This document shows, piece after piece, positions 34,934 through 47,100 of a DNA stretch of 64,000 nt. Location: the NCBI GenBank assembly GCA_905178155.1, contig CAJINV010000006.1, forward strand, positions 2,088,230-2,152,229. The letters run 5' to 3'. The translations under genes and the position numbers were made by a program. Position 1 is the first letter of the stretch, and each line of letters starts with the position of its first letter. Origin of the DNA: Amoebophrya sp. A120. Its lineage: Eukaryota > Protista > Dinoflagellata. The notes under the pieces are model-generated. The model ran no database searches, had not been told where the DNA came from, and saw only the letters and a program-made list of their open reading frames with translations.

Positions 34934-37900
34934 ATGGTGATCGTCGGCGCCGTCCCGCACGAGCGGGGTTTTAACCAGCAGGAACTCCAAAATTACCCAC
35001 CGTCTACATCTAGCGGTGTTCGTGTAGAAACCGGCCGCTTCGCCTCCTCCTCCTCGAGCTCATCAACAGCACCACAGTACCCCACCAATTACAATGCCAA
35101 CCCCTACTCAACATCAACCCGAAACACCCCTTCCTACCGGCAGAACCAGTCCAGCCCCTCCCTCACTAAACGCATCAAAAATTTTCTCCAACTCCACTGT
35201 CGGGACTTCAAGGCGCCATTTAAGGTTTTGATTGAAAAAACCTGCTGGTGTTACCCTTCCAACCAGTTGAAGAAGAAAAGATCGCTGTATCATCAACTGG
35301 TGGAGCTCGAGGAAAACGAGGAGGATTGTACAACAGCCTCACCAGTTTTGTTGGAGACGCAATACTATGCATTGCAAAAGCATTGCACTAGTGCTGTGGA
35401 TCGCATGACAAATTAGCTCAGTTGTATGAGTAGATATGGAATCTGTCATGCTGAATTGCCTTGGGATGGAGGTTTGTAATGCATGACAGCGATTACTACC
35501 ACGAGTGCGATACTTTTCTTTGCGGTGGATAAATGCTTGGTGGATAAGGTCGGAGATTTCTTCATCTACCTCGCGATGGCGTTGATGGGCTTTTTTCTCG
35601 TGAAGGTGATCTTGCAAGACAATGATAACAACGCGAACAAGACCGGCGTGAAGATAAAAGACGATCCCGGAATTGAGAAGCATCCTTTCGAGGTTTTCGA
35701 TTTTGAGTATCCTGTGCAAAAGTATCGTACTCGTAGTAATCGCCATCGCGGTCATGCATTACAAATCTCCTTCTCAACCTATATCCGCATTACAAATTTC
35801 ATTTTTCATGCTGAGGGAATTTGTCATGCGATTACTATATATTATATTCATGCGAAAAAAGAGGTAGACAGAGGGTAAACAAGAGGTGGCCGAGAGGTCA
35901 AAAAGAGGGCAAAAGAGGTAAAAAAGAGGTCGACAGAGGTGGAGAGGTGGCGCGGGACCCCTTTCGAGAGGGTCGGCGAGAGGGTGCGCGAGTATAGCCC
36001 GCCGAAGGACCCACCTTAAGGCGGCGCCTAAGTGCCTCAGAGGGTGCAGAGAGGTCAAAAAGAGGGGGCGCGGGAGGTCGACAGAGGTCGAGAGAGGTGG
36101 CGCGAATAAGGGCCAACCTCTCGCGCACCCTGTCGGCCACCTCTGGGCCACCTCTGTCGACCTCTACCCTCGAGTATAGCCGGACTATTAGCGGGGACCC
36201 CCAAAAGAGGTAAAAAAGAGGGTCTGCGAGAGGTCTGCGAGAGGGTAAAAACACAGAGTAGCGGGCGCGAATCCGCATGGGAGTCCCCACATTTAGCGTT
36301 GCAGGCTCTTCGCGGAGTTGTTTTGTTCGGCGCCTGTCCCCGCCACCCTCTCGCGCACCCTCTCGCGCCACCCTCTTGCGCCACCCTCTCGCGCACCCTC
36401 TCGCGCCACCCGCTCGCGCGACCCTCTCGCGCCACCCTCCCGCGCCACCCTCTCGCGCCGGGCGGCTTCTTTTCGCCCCCGGTGTTCTTTGCAGCTGCTC
36501 CCTGCGCAGAGCGCCCACAGGCGCGGGAGGCGCGCAAGTGGTCCGGCGGGTTGGCGCGGCGCAAACTCCAGCATGCTTCGTTGTGCACAGGCCCGTGGCG
36601 TTGTGGTCCGATCGGCAAACTATCTTGCCCCGGCCCAACAGCCTTGCGCTCCGGCGGCAGCCGGAGCATGGCTGGTTTCTACTAGTGCGATGCTTTTGCA
36701 TTTCATATTGGGCGGGACGCGCCGATCTTGATTATGGAAGCGTCAGGTTTGAGATCGACAAAGTTGAAAAGATTTGTCATGCATAAAATGGATACCAGTT
36801 GGAAGCCCCATTTCCAAGCGGCGCATGACAAATTTTCGGAGCACTGGAATCCAATTTGTCATGCTGCTTGGGCGCAGAAGACTGCTTTTGTCATGCTACT
36901 TTAGCAGTTCTACCTCTATCCCAAACCCAAACCCTGAATAGGCTCACAATCTGCCTCACTTGCCATCCCGGCAAGACAGGCACTTCATGCCTTGCATTTT
37001 ATGCATGGCAAATCATTTCATTTTCAACCTTGACGATTTCAATCCTGACAGATCCATATTGATTTTGGTGACCATATGCGAGATTTTGTTTTGCGGGGCG
37101 AGTTGCAAAGCCGCGGCAAGTATGTTCCGCACGCGCGAGCACGCCCTGAAACACCCCCGGACGAAGTTGATAGCGGCGAACGCGATAAGTCGCAGCTCTG
37201 CTTCGGCGGATGTTCGCGGTGCAACTGCTCCTGCAGTTGTAACAATCGGCACAACTACCTCAGCAACTACTCGCGGGCAGCCAGCTGCTGGTAATGGTAT
37301 TGCTAGTAACACATCTACTACACAACTCCCATCTGCCACCGACGTCATCCCCATTTTCCTAGAGAGAGCGAATTTAGCGGAAAAGTGGGGCATTCTGTAC
37401 CGGCCGAGTTCGGATGGCTTGGAGTGCCTGTTGGTTGACGGGATATCGTGAGAAAAAAGTGTTACAGTTACACATTGTGTTGCAGGCCAAGCAAGACAGA
37501 CAAGCTCTGTCATGCCGGATATGCACAGCAGCCTCGTTTCATAGGTGTTTTCCCGTAGGATTTCTGCATTGCAAGTTTTCTTTCTCATGCAGATAAATTT
37601 GTGTTGCTGAATTGACATACAAATGTGGAACTGTAACACTTTTTTCTTTGCATACGGGGTTGTGGATTATCAATACGACTTGGGCCCCAGTAGCACATCA
37701 TCTTCAACTTCAGGGCAGCCAACTGCGTTTCTATCGCAAGCAGCCACAACTTCGCAACTCACCCCGGCCGCAGTCTGGAACCAAAAGTTTAACGCCTACT
37801 TAGCAGCAGACAGCGCGAGGTTCGGAGTGCTTCAATTTGGGCCAAGGAATAGGGTATCAACTGCACCAAATATGTCTTGGTCTGGAAGAATTGGGGAGTT

Positions 37901-40900
37901 TGTCATGCGGATTTTACATGACACACGATATCAGCCATGCACACTCTAGCATCAACACAGGTTGCAGCGCGAAGGCTTGGTCATCCCAATCCTGCATTAG
38001 AAATGCCCTCTACTTCGGGTTGCTGCAAGAGTCTCCGTTGCTTTTGCTGCTCATGCAATACAGATTTTTTCATCATCGAAAGTTAGCATCACAAGTTTCA
38101 TTCTCTCCAGACCAAGATGACACATTTGCATTTGATATAGCGAGATAGATTTCTCGTTAGACCACGACTTGGCGATATTGGCGGTCAACGATTGCTATGC
38201 ACTGCAAAAGCATCGTACTCGTAGTAATTGCTTTTATGCATGACAAATTTCTGTCCCAAGCCGAATCCGCATTAGAAATTTCATTTCTCATGCTGAGAAA
38301 ATTTGTCATGCGGTTCATACTAGTGCGATCATGCTTTTGCAGTGCATAATTGCCACGCGGACGTTTTCTCCATGCAGAAGGAGTTGCTCACGAGTTTTTC
38401 CGTAGCTTTGTATTGCCGGCGAATCAACAAAGACACCATTCATATGGAGAGAAAAAAGTTTGTCACAGTCACTAACTTGCAGGTTTTGCATTACAAATTT
38501 TCTTAGCATCACAAACTTTCCTTGTATTGCAGAAACACTAGGGAAATCCCTTACGAAGTTTGGCTGTGATGCATTTTTACGCATGACAGCCAATTTTGTA
38601 TTGCAAAAATGCGCATGAGTGATCGTGACGAACTTTTTTTGTTTGATAATTCACGAGATGGATAGTGGAAATAATAGAACGGGTTCAACGTCTACTAACG
38701 ACGTGCTCCGTCCTCCAGTCGGCGCAAGCAGTGACGATATTTCTTCACGAAGGGATGTTGATCAACAGATGGGTGCGAGTCACTTTCGGAACCCTTCTTC
38801 CGTGATGGTTCTCATGGACCACAGAGTAACTACAACGAATGGAGAAACAAACGAGAATGGAGATGAAGGCAACGGCACAAGCACCATAAGCAACACCACC
38901 ATGCAGCGAATCAGCGAAACAAGAACTGACCAGGAACAGCAGCAATCCACTTTATCCAGAACCTTCTCCATCACCAGTTTTGAGGATGAAGACCTGGTAA
39001 CGCTGTATCAACTGCAAACATGTCAATGAATGTCTGGGTCGGGAGAAATTATTAAACCTGTGTTGCGTGGGTGTCAAACATAATGAAATTGAAAAATCTG
39101 TATTGCATGAACAGCAAAAGCTCGACACTTTCGCCATGCAAAGTCGCAGTTTGCAATGCGTGCTGCGCATGAGAAAACGATTGAAAATCTTGGACAGAAA
39201 TTTGTCATGCTTCAGTGCACTTAATGGCGCACTCAATCATGATCATTCAGCATTACAAGTTTCCAGACCCGGACGTGTAATTTGCATTGCATTCACTAAG
39301 CCGCTGGATTATTTGCGGAATGATTTTCGGATGGATCACCCTGATCCCAACGTTTATGGAAGCGTCAGGTTTGAAATCGTCACAGTTGAAATAATTTGTA
39401 ATGCATGAAATGCATGACGCGAGGCATGTGTATTGCAGAGCAGGCAAGTGAGGCCGATTGTAAGCCTGTTTGGGGTTAGAGCTCGAGCTGCTAAAGTAGC
39501 ATGAGAAAATCCCTCTTCTTTGCCTAAACAGCATGACAAACTGGATTTAAGGACCACCAAAATTTGTCATGCGCCACTTGGAAACTGGGTTCCAACTGGC
39601 ATCCATTCCATGCATGGCAAACTATTTCAACTTTGTCAATTATTTCAATCCTGACACATCCATAACGCTGCTGATCAAACCGCACTTCTTCAAGAGGCGG
39701 CAGCAATTGTTTCGAGAGGTTTTTCTGAATGCGGGCGGAGCAGCGTCCTCAGGATTCAACCTTTTCGTCAACAATTGGAAGAACTTCATTCTCCCACTCT
39801 GGCTTTTTCTCTGGGTGGTCGACGGGATAGAAATAATGGCACATGTGCGCTTGTTGGGCCCGCCGTTTGTGTACTTCCTGTCCACGCACGTGGTTTTGGC
39901 GAGTGTGGTCGTAGTGTTGGGGATGCGGTTATGATCCACAAAAGAAGACCCCATCTTGTTCATCCATTTTTTGCATGACAGGTACGGGATTTTATGGATG
40001 TTTTGCATGGCAAATTCGATGGGAATGGGTGCTTTTTTTCTGGATAACGGCTGCAGCAGAAGGATGAGGAATTGGTTTTGGAACAGAGGCGGATTCGGGA
40101 CGGGGAGTTTCTACTTGGCAGAATTTCTATCCTGTGCAGCAAAGTATCGTACTCGTAGTAGTTGCAGTCATGCACTACAAATCTCCATCCCAACGCAAAA
40201 CAGCATGACAAATTCCATTTGTCATGCTGAGCTAATAATTTGTATTGCAATTACTACTACGTGCGATGCATTTGCAGTTCATAATTTCTCATGCTGGACA
40301 AGAAGACGTTGGCGTTGCTGTAGCGGTCGAGGAAACCACCTCCTCTTCATCCTCGGCAGCAGGTGATGCTGACGGGGACCCCGGCGGAAAAAAGGAGAGC
40401 GAGGTAGAGAAAAGATGTGATGCTAGTACAACATCTTGTTCATTCCCGCTACGACCGGTCAGAACAGCGCCAGGACTCTTTGTTGCTAAACAACACTTTG
40501 GTCGTTTGTGACGGCATAAGCTGTAGAAAATGAAAGCAAAAACCCTTAAATTCCCATGCTGGTCTTCCCAATTTCTCGTCCCATTTATCCACTTACTTAC
40601 AAAAAAAATGAAGAGGAACAAGTATTGAACATCTATGCCACATTACTTAGGTGTCCACCACTATCACAATCCTGACCCGAGACGGCATAATCTTCTACGA
40701 CCCACGCAAGAACTTCAGGCGAATTAAAGATCCCAACCAGCTTCTTCGCGGGATATCAACTGCAAATATGTCTGGGTGTGGAAGAATGCAAGTTTGTCAT
40801 GCTTGTCCCACATGATGACTCTTGAAGCTGTAATGCGTGAGCAGGAAAAGTAGTGCCTTTTGCCTGTCGTGAAAAAATGTAGTTTGTCATGCGGAAAGCG

Positions 40901-42023
40901 AAACACAAAGGAGCCCAGAAACTTGTCTTGCGTAGCTGCCTATCGCAGTGTTATTACAATTCATAAATTAGCATCACAAGTTTCCAGACCCAGACATATT
41001 TGCATTTGATATGGGATAGCGGAGAACCACCCTGAGATCGTCAATTATAATTCCGCAGAAACTACGATAGCAGGAGCTCCTGCTAACCAAGAGAATCAAC
41101 TGACACAGGGTAGTAGTACCTTCAAGGCGAGTTTTGTGCCGAAAAAGATAGAGCTGGAGAGGAAAACTATCGGGGGTGATCAACATTTGGGGCAGGACGA
41201 TCCAGAAGCGAGAATTATGTACCGAGATTTGCAAACGGACATCTTATTTGCGGATGATGTGGACGGTACGTTGGAATCTCTTCTAGAAGACGGTGGAACA
41301 TCAAGACAGAGACAGACAAAAGCAAAACTCGGAACATCTTCTAGCAATGCCAATGACCATCAAACATCGTCATCACCCTCTACTGGTGTTCTTGGCTCCA
41401 CCACCGCATCACAAACCACCAAAATCTGCGAAGAACCCGCGCCGATTCTCCTCCGGGAGCTTCTGATCTCCAACCCATTTGGGATTGTGTGGATAGGGTT
41501 ATTTCTGTCTCTGACGATCATTCTGTCGCAATTACTCTACCCACTGCAGACGAAGCGAGGGAAATTGGCACAAAGTTACCTGCTAACCATGTACTCTTCT
41601 CTACTGTCCCTCCAGCTGTTCGGTTTGATTGTGATCTTGAACATGAAATTTGAGAATTTGCCGACGACGTACTTACACGCGTTTCTGCTCCTGTTCTCCT
41701 ACCCCTGTTTGTGCAGCTACTGTGTCTGCTTGTGTTGCTCGGCGAACTACTCCCGGGCGGACATGTTGTTGGTTTTGGATCAGAGGAAAGCGGGATTGAT
41801 GACGGGGAGATTTGATAGTGTTGGTGAGGGTTTTGGGAGTAGCAGCGGTGGTGTGGTGGAAGATGGAGGAAGCGCAGCAACAACAGCTGCGAATGGAAGT
41901 CGTGTAGTTGCAACAAGAAATGCGAGTGCGAATACAAATGAGCTGAACGTTGACAAGCATTTGGAAGCAATATTAGCGGAGGAAAGTAATAGTCGGGAAG
42001 GAATGTTGAGTTACTATGTGTAG
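34934..42023 (+). CDS. Multi-pass membrane protein with PDZ-like segment, 12 introners
   Basis: Spliced frame runs from ORF 34934 to ORF 41136..42023 with several hydrophobic helices and LERANLAEKWGILYR...LLVDGV...DLAILAVND (PDZ-like by motif resemblance only). Confidence 0.65.
35366..35531. mobile_element. Introner family B
   Basis: DR aatac/aatgc. Confidence 0.85.
35708..36707. mobile_element. Introner family B carrying Helitron-like insert
   Basis: TIR; DR ttgag/ttggg. Confidence 0.88.
35832..36675 (+). mobile_element. Helitron-like non-autonomous element, copy 2, nested in a family B introner
   Basis: Starts ttactatatatt; hairpin gctccggc-ggca-gccggagc at 36648-36667; ends CTGG; A|T site; empty site seen in 12336-12486. 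Confidence 0.75.
36733..37058. mobile_element. Introner family D
   Basis: TIR; DR ttgat/ttgat. Confidence 0.9.
37444..37654. mobile_element. Introner family C
   Basis: TIR aaaaaagtgttacagtt; DR cggga/cgggg. Confidence 0.9.
37855..38137. mobile_element. Introner family A
   Basis: TIR; DR taggg/tagcg. Confidence 0.85.
38196..38348. mobile_element. Introner family B
   Basis: TIR tatgcactgcaaaagcat; DR attgc/attgc. Confidence 0.9.
38443..38648. mobile_element. Introner family C-like
   Basis: DR attca/attca; tat...ata ends. Confidence 0.82.
39006..39293. mobile_element. Introner family A (degenerate, ends att)
   Basis: DR cgctg/cacta; frame restored (TLSRWII). Confidence 0.75.
39355..39664. 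mobile_element. Introner family D
   Basis: TIR; DR acgtt/acgct. Confidence 0.9.
39930..40046. mobile_element. Introner family F (degenerate)
   Basis: DR gcggt/acggc. Confidence 0.78.
40128..40283. mobile_element. Introner family B
   Basis: TIR; DR atttc/atttc. Confidence 0.9.
40754..41011. mobile_element. Introner family A
   Basis: TIR; DR cggga/tggga. Confidence 0.9.
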
Positions 42024-44184
42024 CTGAAAATGAAAATATCGTGTTGGCGACGGACCAAGACTGTCGTCGTCAGTGCGAAGAAAAGCGCGTGCATCGCTGT
42101 GTAAAGTCAGTGCAAAAGTGCCTGACCCCGCTGGCGCAAAAGAACAAGGGCGGATTGCAGAAGCTGTTCAACTGTGAATAAATGGTTTCACCACTTTGCA
42201 TTAGCTTCGTGCCTGGTGTTTGAGCTTCATCGATTTTCACGTTTGTCATTGTCCGGGCAGAATCTTTGCTCCGAATTCGCCGGCAGAGCGAGCCGGTGGG
42301 CGCGCATCTTCGTGCACAGTGGCCCCCCGGTCAAGGTGGTGCCAGGGGGCGAGAGCCGCCGGAGAGCGGCCGGCCCCATCCGCCGCGCCCGCCGCGGGGC
42401 GGCACGCAATTCAGCGGCGCCGAGCGGGAAGGGCGCGACGCCGGTACTTAAGCCCTGTCGCAGGCCGTCGGGCCCTTTCGCGCCCTCTGGTTAGCAGCGC
42501 ACGAAACCCAGCGCCCGGGCTGCGTATTTGGGGCGTCCGACCACCGCGCAGGGCGAGGGAGCGGCAGCGGCTGCAGCACGCACATGACCGCCCGGGCAAG
42601 TAGGGGGGCCCCGCAGCAAATCGGGAAGCGCCACGCCCGTGCGTGTGGCGCGCGGCAGCTGGCGCCCTAGTGGCGCCAAGGATGCCGCAGGAACGAAGTG
42701 CCTGGGACGGATGGAGAAAGCCACGCCCGGCGGTGGGGGCGGCGGCACAGACCTACTCGGCCCGCAGAGGTGAGCGCGCCGCCGTCGCGGCCCCAAGCTT
42801 GCTAGCAAGCGAGGGCAGGCGACCGCGGGGCGCCTCTAACCGGCTTGGCTTGTGCTGTGCCCAAAGCCCAGTAGAGCGCCAAAGCCCAGCAAATATGGAG
42901 GCCGCGGGCGTTGTGCCTTCAGCTGTTGCCTGGTTTGTCATGCGACTGAAAGGGCCCCCGGCTTGGCGGCAGGCAGCCGGCGGCCTGTTCGGGGCGGGGC
43001 CCTAGGGCACCAGGGGCGGGGCCGGGCGAATGTTTCGAGAAAAGTAAGGGAGGGGGCCCGGTGGACAGGTGTCGCGCCCGCAAGTCTTCCGGGTGGCAAC
43101 CCCATCCACCGGGGGGAGAGCGCCAGGCTTTGTCGGCGTGCTTGGGCGGCGCCGGCCCGCGCGGCCGATGGACCGCCGGCCGGCCCGGGCCGGCGCGTGG
43201 GTGCGAGTCGAGTTCAGCTACGCGCGGCCGGCAAAAGGTCCAAAGATAGAAGCGGAGCGCTCGCCCATGGATACCTTTGCGCTCGTTGTCTGCGCCAGCA
43301 GGGCGATGGGCTTCGATCGCGTAGCCACGAGAGCCGGGCCCGCCGGCGCTGTCCCGCCCCCCCCTTCCTGGGTTGAGGGGAGGAGCACGCCCCCGGGGGG
43401 TTTGGCCCTTTGGGTGGGCTTGTTTCCGCCGCCGGGCGGCTTCGTGTTCGCCTCGTTTGCCACCCCGACCCCCCCGGGGGGCGCCCGGTTGGCCCCCAAG
43501 CTTCCCAGCGCCTGGGGCCGCCTTCGCCTTGGGGCCCTCCCCATGGAGGGCCGCGGGGTCTTCGCCTGGCTTCTAGCGTCTTTGCCTCGCCGGCTCCGGC
43601 CTCCCGCGCAGCCTGCGGCCGGCGGGGCGAGTGTGTGTGGCCGTGCCCCGGCTGGCCCCACCCGGCAGTCGAGGTTGGCTATTGGTTGTGCTGGCTCGCT
43701 GGGCCATTGTGTCGCTCGTTGGTTGGTTTAAATGGCCCTCGTCGGACGGTCGGGGCGCGGGCCATGCTGCCCTGTAGCCGCCCGTAGGACCGGCTCCCCC
43801 GCCCGGTTGTTGTTATCCGCCGCTGCACGGGCCCTCGCGGGCAGCGCGGGCCTGCAGGCCCAGTCCCAGCGTCCGTTCGCGCACGTCATCTGTGACTTTC
43901 GTTCGCCACCGTCTGGTCAATGTTGTGTGTGTGTCCCGTCTGTGTGTTCGCAATTTTCTGAGAGGTCCAGACGCCGCAAAAGTAAAAAGAGTGGCGCCGA
44001 GCATTAACACGTATGCGCTGCATGCACTCTGCCGCGATGTAGTTCCTCTTGTGTGTAGATGTAGTGGCGTCGTGTTGGCAGTGATTGTTGTTGATCGGTG
44101 ACGCGACCCGTCTTCTTGCCTGTCCCTTCTTCCGGAGGACGGAGCTGCTCATCAATCTCATTCCACCATCAGCAATCACTCACC

Positions 44185-47100
44185 ATGGGTTGCAATCAGT
44201 CCGCGACCGCTTCCCCTGACGGTCCCCAGGCCGCGTCCCCCGGCTCCAACAAAACCAGTCCGACCGGAGAGAACAACCAGAGCCCCAATTCCAGTCGTGG
44301 CCCAAACAGCCCGGACTCCACCAGAGCAGGCAGTTCGTACCGTCGGAAAGTGAATGCGAGTAGTACAACAGGCGAACTCCAACTACAACAGCAGAACAAA
44401 AGTCCACGAAGCGCCGCAAACACACAAAATGCCCAGTCCCCACAGAACCGTTCGCAACAGCTGAAAGAGCGAAGAAATTTGGTGTTGCACCAAGCAACAT
44501 TAAACAACCCCGTCGCCCCGCCACCCGCCCCTCCCACCCCGCCAAACACAGGGCTGCCGGCTTTCTCACAAATCAACAAAACCAGTCCGAATAGAGGGCC
44601 GGCGGCAGGAGGTGGCGCAGTTTCCGGGTTTAACACAACAAGCACTACTGGCGGCGCAGCTACCAGCTCCTCAAATTTTCCCAACACATCCCCGACCTCA
44701 GCTGGTGCGCCCGCTACGCCGCAGTATAATGTGAACTACATGGTGAATACGCCGCCTATCTCGCCAACGAGTGCGGCGAGCAGAAGAACGCCAACGGGAG
44801 GCGGAGGCCCAAGCGGACCAGCCTCTGGCGGACTGCTGCTTGGTGGCAGGATATCTCAAGAAAAAAGTGTTACAGTTACACACTGTGTTGCAGGCTAAGC
44901 AAGACAGACAATCTTTGTCATGCCGGATATGCATAGGAGCCTCGTTTCATATGTGTTTTCTCGTAGGATCTCTGCATTACAAGTCTTCTCTTTCATGCAA
45001 AGAAATTTGTGTTGCTGCCTGAATTCACTACAAATGTGTAACTGTAACACTTTCTTCGTGGGATACAGGACTTCCAACAGCATCCCAAGTCTAAACCCCA
45101 ACGCACATCAGCAACAGCAAGCGCATCAACAGCATAATTTGTTCGGGCAGCAACAAGGAGTTGCAGCTCCTGGTGGTCAACAAATCTTAAATCAGCAAAA
45201 TAACAACTATAACTCTTCCCTCAGCGGCACGGCGAATTTCGGTCTTCTACAGCAGTACCTCGAGCCGTTGACAGAGTTGGAATTTCACGACTCGGATCCA
45301 GAAGAGCTGAACGGGCACTTCAGCTCACCCAGCAACTCTCCCACACAGAAGTTGAACGAACGAAGGGCGGGGTTGGGCGGCGTGTCAACGATCAACATCT
45401 CCGTCCCGCCGACACCGACGAGCGTCAGTCACATGGGTATACGCATTGCAAATGTATCGAAATCGTACGTGTGCGTCGAGTATATCTGCATGACAAACTT
45501 TTTCAAGAAAAAATGTTCAGTTGGTCATGCATATTCTGGTGGGAAAACAGATCTGTCGTGCAAGATTGCGATGAGTAAGAATACTTTTGCAATGCATAGA
45601 AGAGTAGCAGCAGGCCGACGGTGAATTTTGGCCCGGCGACGCCGACCATGGGTGGCGGAAACAATCCCACCTCGTTATCCTGAGGAAAAGCGTCCCCACC
45701 CCAAAGTTGTCATGCAAATCTGCATGCTCAAAATGTTTCTCATGCGGAGCACCATGACAAGCATGATTTGATGTTAGTCGTGTTTTCTCATTTGTAATGC
45801 TCCAATCAGCATAATAGACTAGATCTGTGATCATGCCGCTGAACAAGCTAAACAGGATTTTTACACTACGAGGCCAAATTTGTCATGCGCAGCAACCAAA
45901 TCTGGCTGATTTGTCTAGCAGATTTCCCATCTTGACTTATACGGCGGGGACGTTTTTGCTCAGGATACTCGTCCTCTACCGCACCTACGCCGACCCACGT
46001 ATGAAAGCCTCAGAATGGAAATCCTCAAAGTGGAAATAATTTGTGATGCATGAAATGCAAGGCAAAAAAGACTGCATTGCGGAGGACACAATGGAGGCCG
46101 ACTATTGTCCTGCTAGGGGTGAAGAATTGGGCTGCTGATTAGCACGACAGAAGGGCACCCCTTTGCCTAACTAGCATGACAGACACGTTTTGAGTACCCG
46201 GGAAATTTGTCATGCGCCGGCTACAAATGGCACTTCAACTGGAGTCGATTTTTTGCATTACAGATTATTTCCACTTTGAGGATTTCCAACCTGAGGCTTT
46301 CATACCACGCCTCCTCGAGCAGCACCGGCGGCGGCTTTTATCTGCAATCCCCGAAACACAGACGGATCTCTGACAGCATCAACAGAAACGTGCCGCTGTT
46401 CTGCTACAAGATTGCGCATAAGAAGGAGCTATCAACTGCAAAAATGTCTGGGTCTGGAAGATTGCCAGGCTTGTCATGCATATTCTGCATGACCCATGAT
46501 GTCTGTGATGCATGACCTAGCATAAGCATCGCAGATTTCTTTTAGGGGGTTTCCTTATGCCTAACCCGCATGAGAAATGCCCTCTCCGTGTGGGCTCCTC
46601 TTGCTGGTCACGCAATACAGATTCTTTTGGAATCCAGAGACAGCATCACAAGTTTTTACCACCTTCCAGACCCAGACACTTTTGCATTTGATAGGAGCAG
46701 AACCAACCATCCGGGACTACAGGTACTTCTAGGGGCAACAGAAGGATAAGGAAATTGATCGCGGAAAACATTGATGTGAAGCTGGGGAACATGATCGGGA
46801 AAGGCTCCCACGGCACGGTCTACGAGGCAAGGCGGGAGGATACGGGGCAGATCATTGCCTGCAAAATCACCCCGGTCGACCATCCAGAAGCGCTGAAGGC
46901 GATGATATGCATTGCAAAAGATTCGTACTAAGTACAAATCACATTACAAATTAGCTCAGCATGACAAAGGGAATTTGTAATGCTGTATGAGCTCAGTAAA
47001 AAGATTTGTCATGCATATCTGGAATTAGTACGAGTGCGATTCTTTTGCAATGCATAGATGAAAAAGGAAGTGGACTTGCTACAGCGGTTGAACCACCTAT

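Noticed and set aside
36680-36686. CTAG as the Helitron-like 3' end
   Set aside because: tttctactagt belongs to the host B element (present in the empty copy 12336-12486); the insert ends at CTGG 36675.
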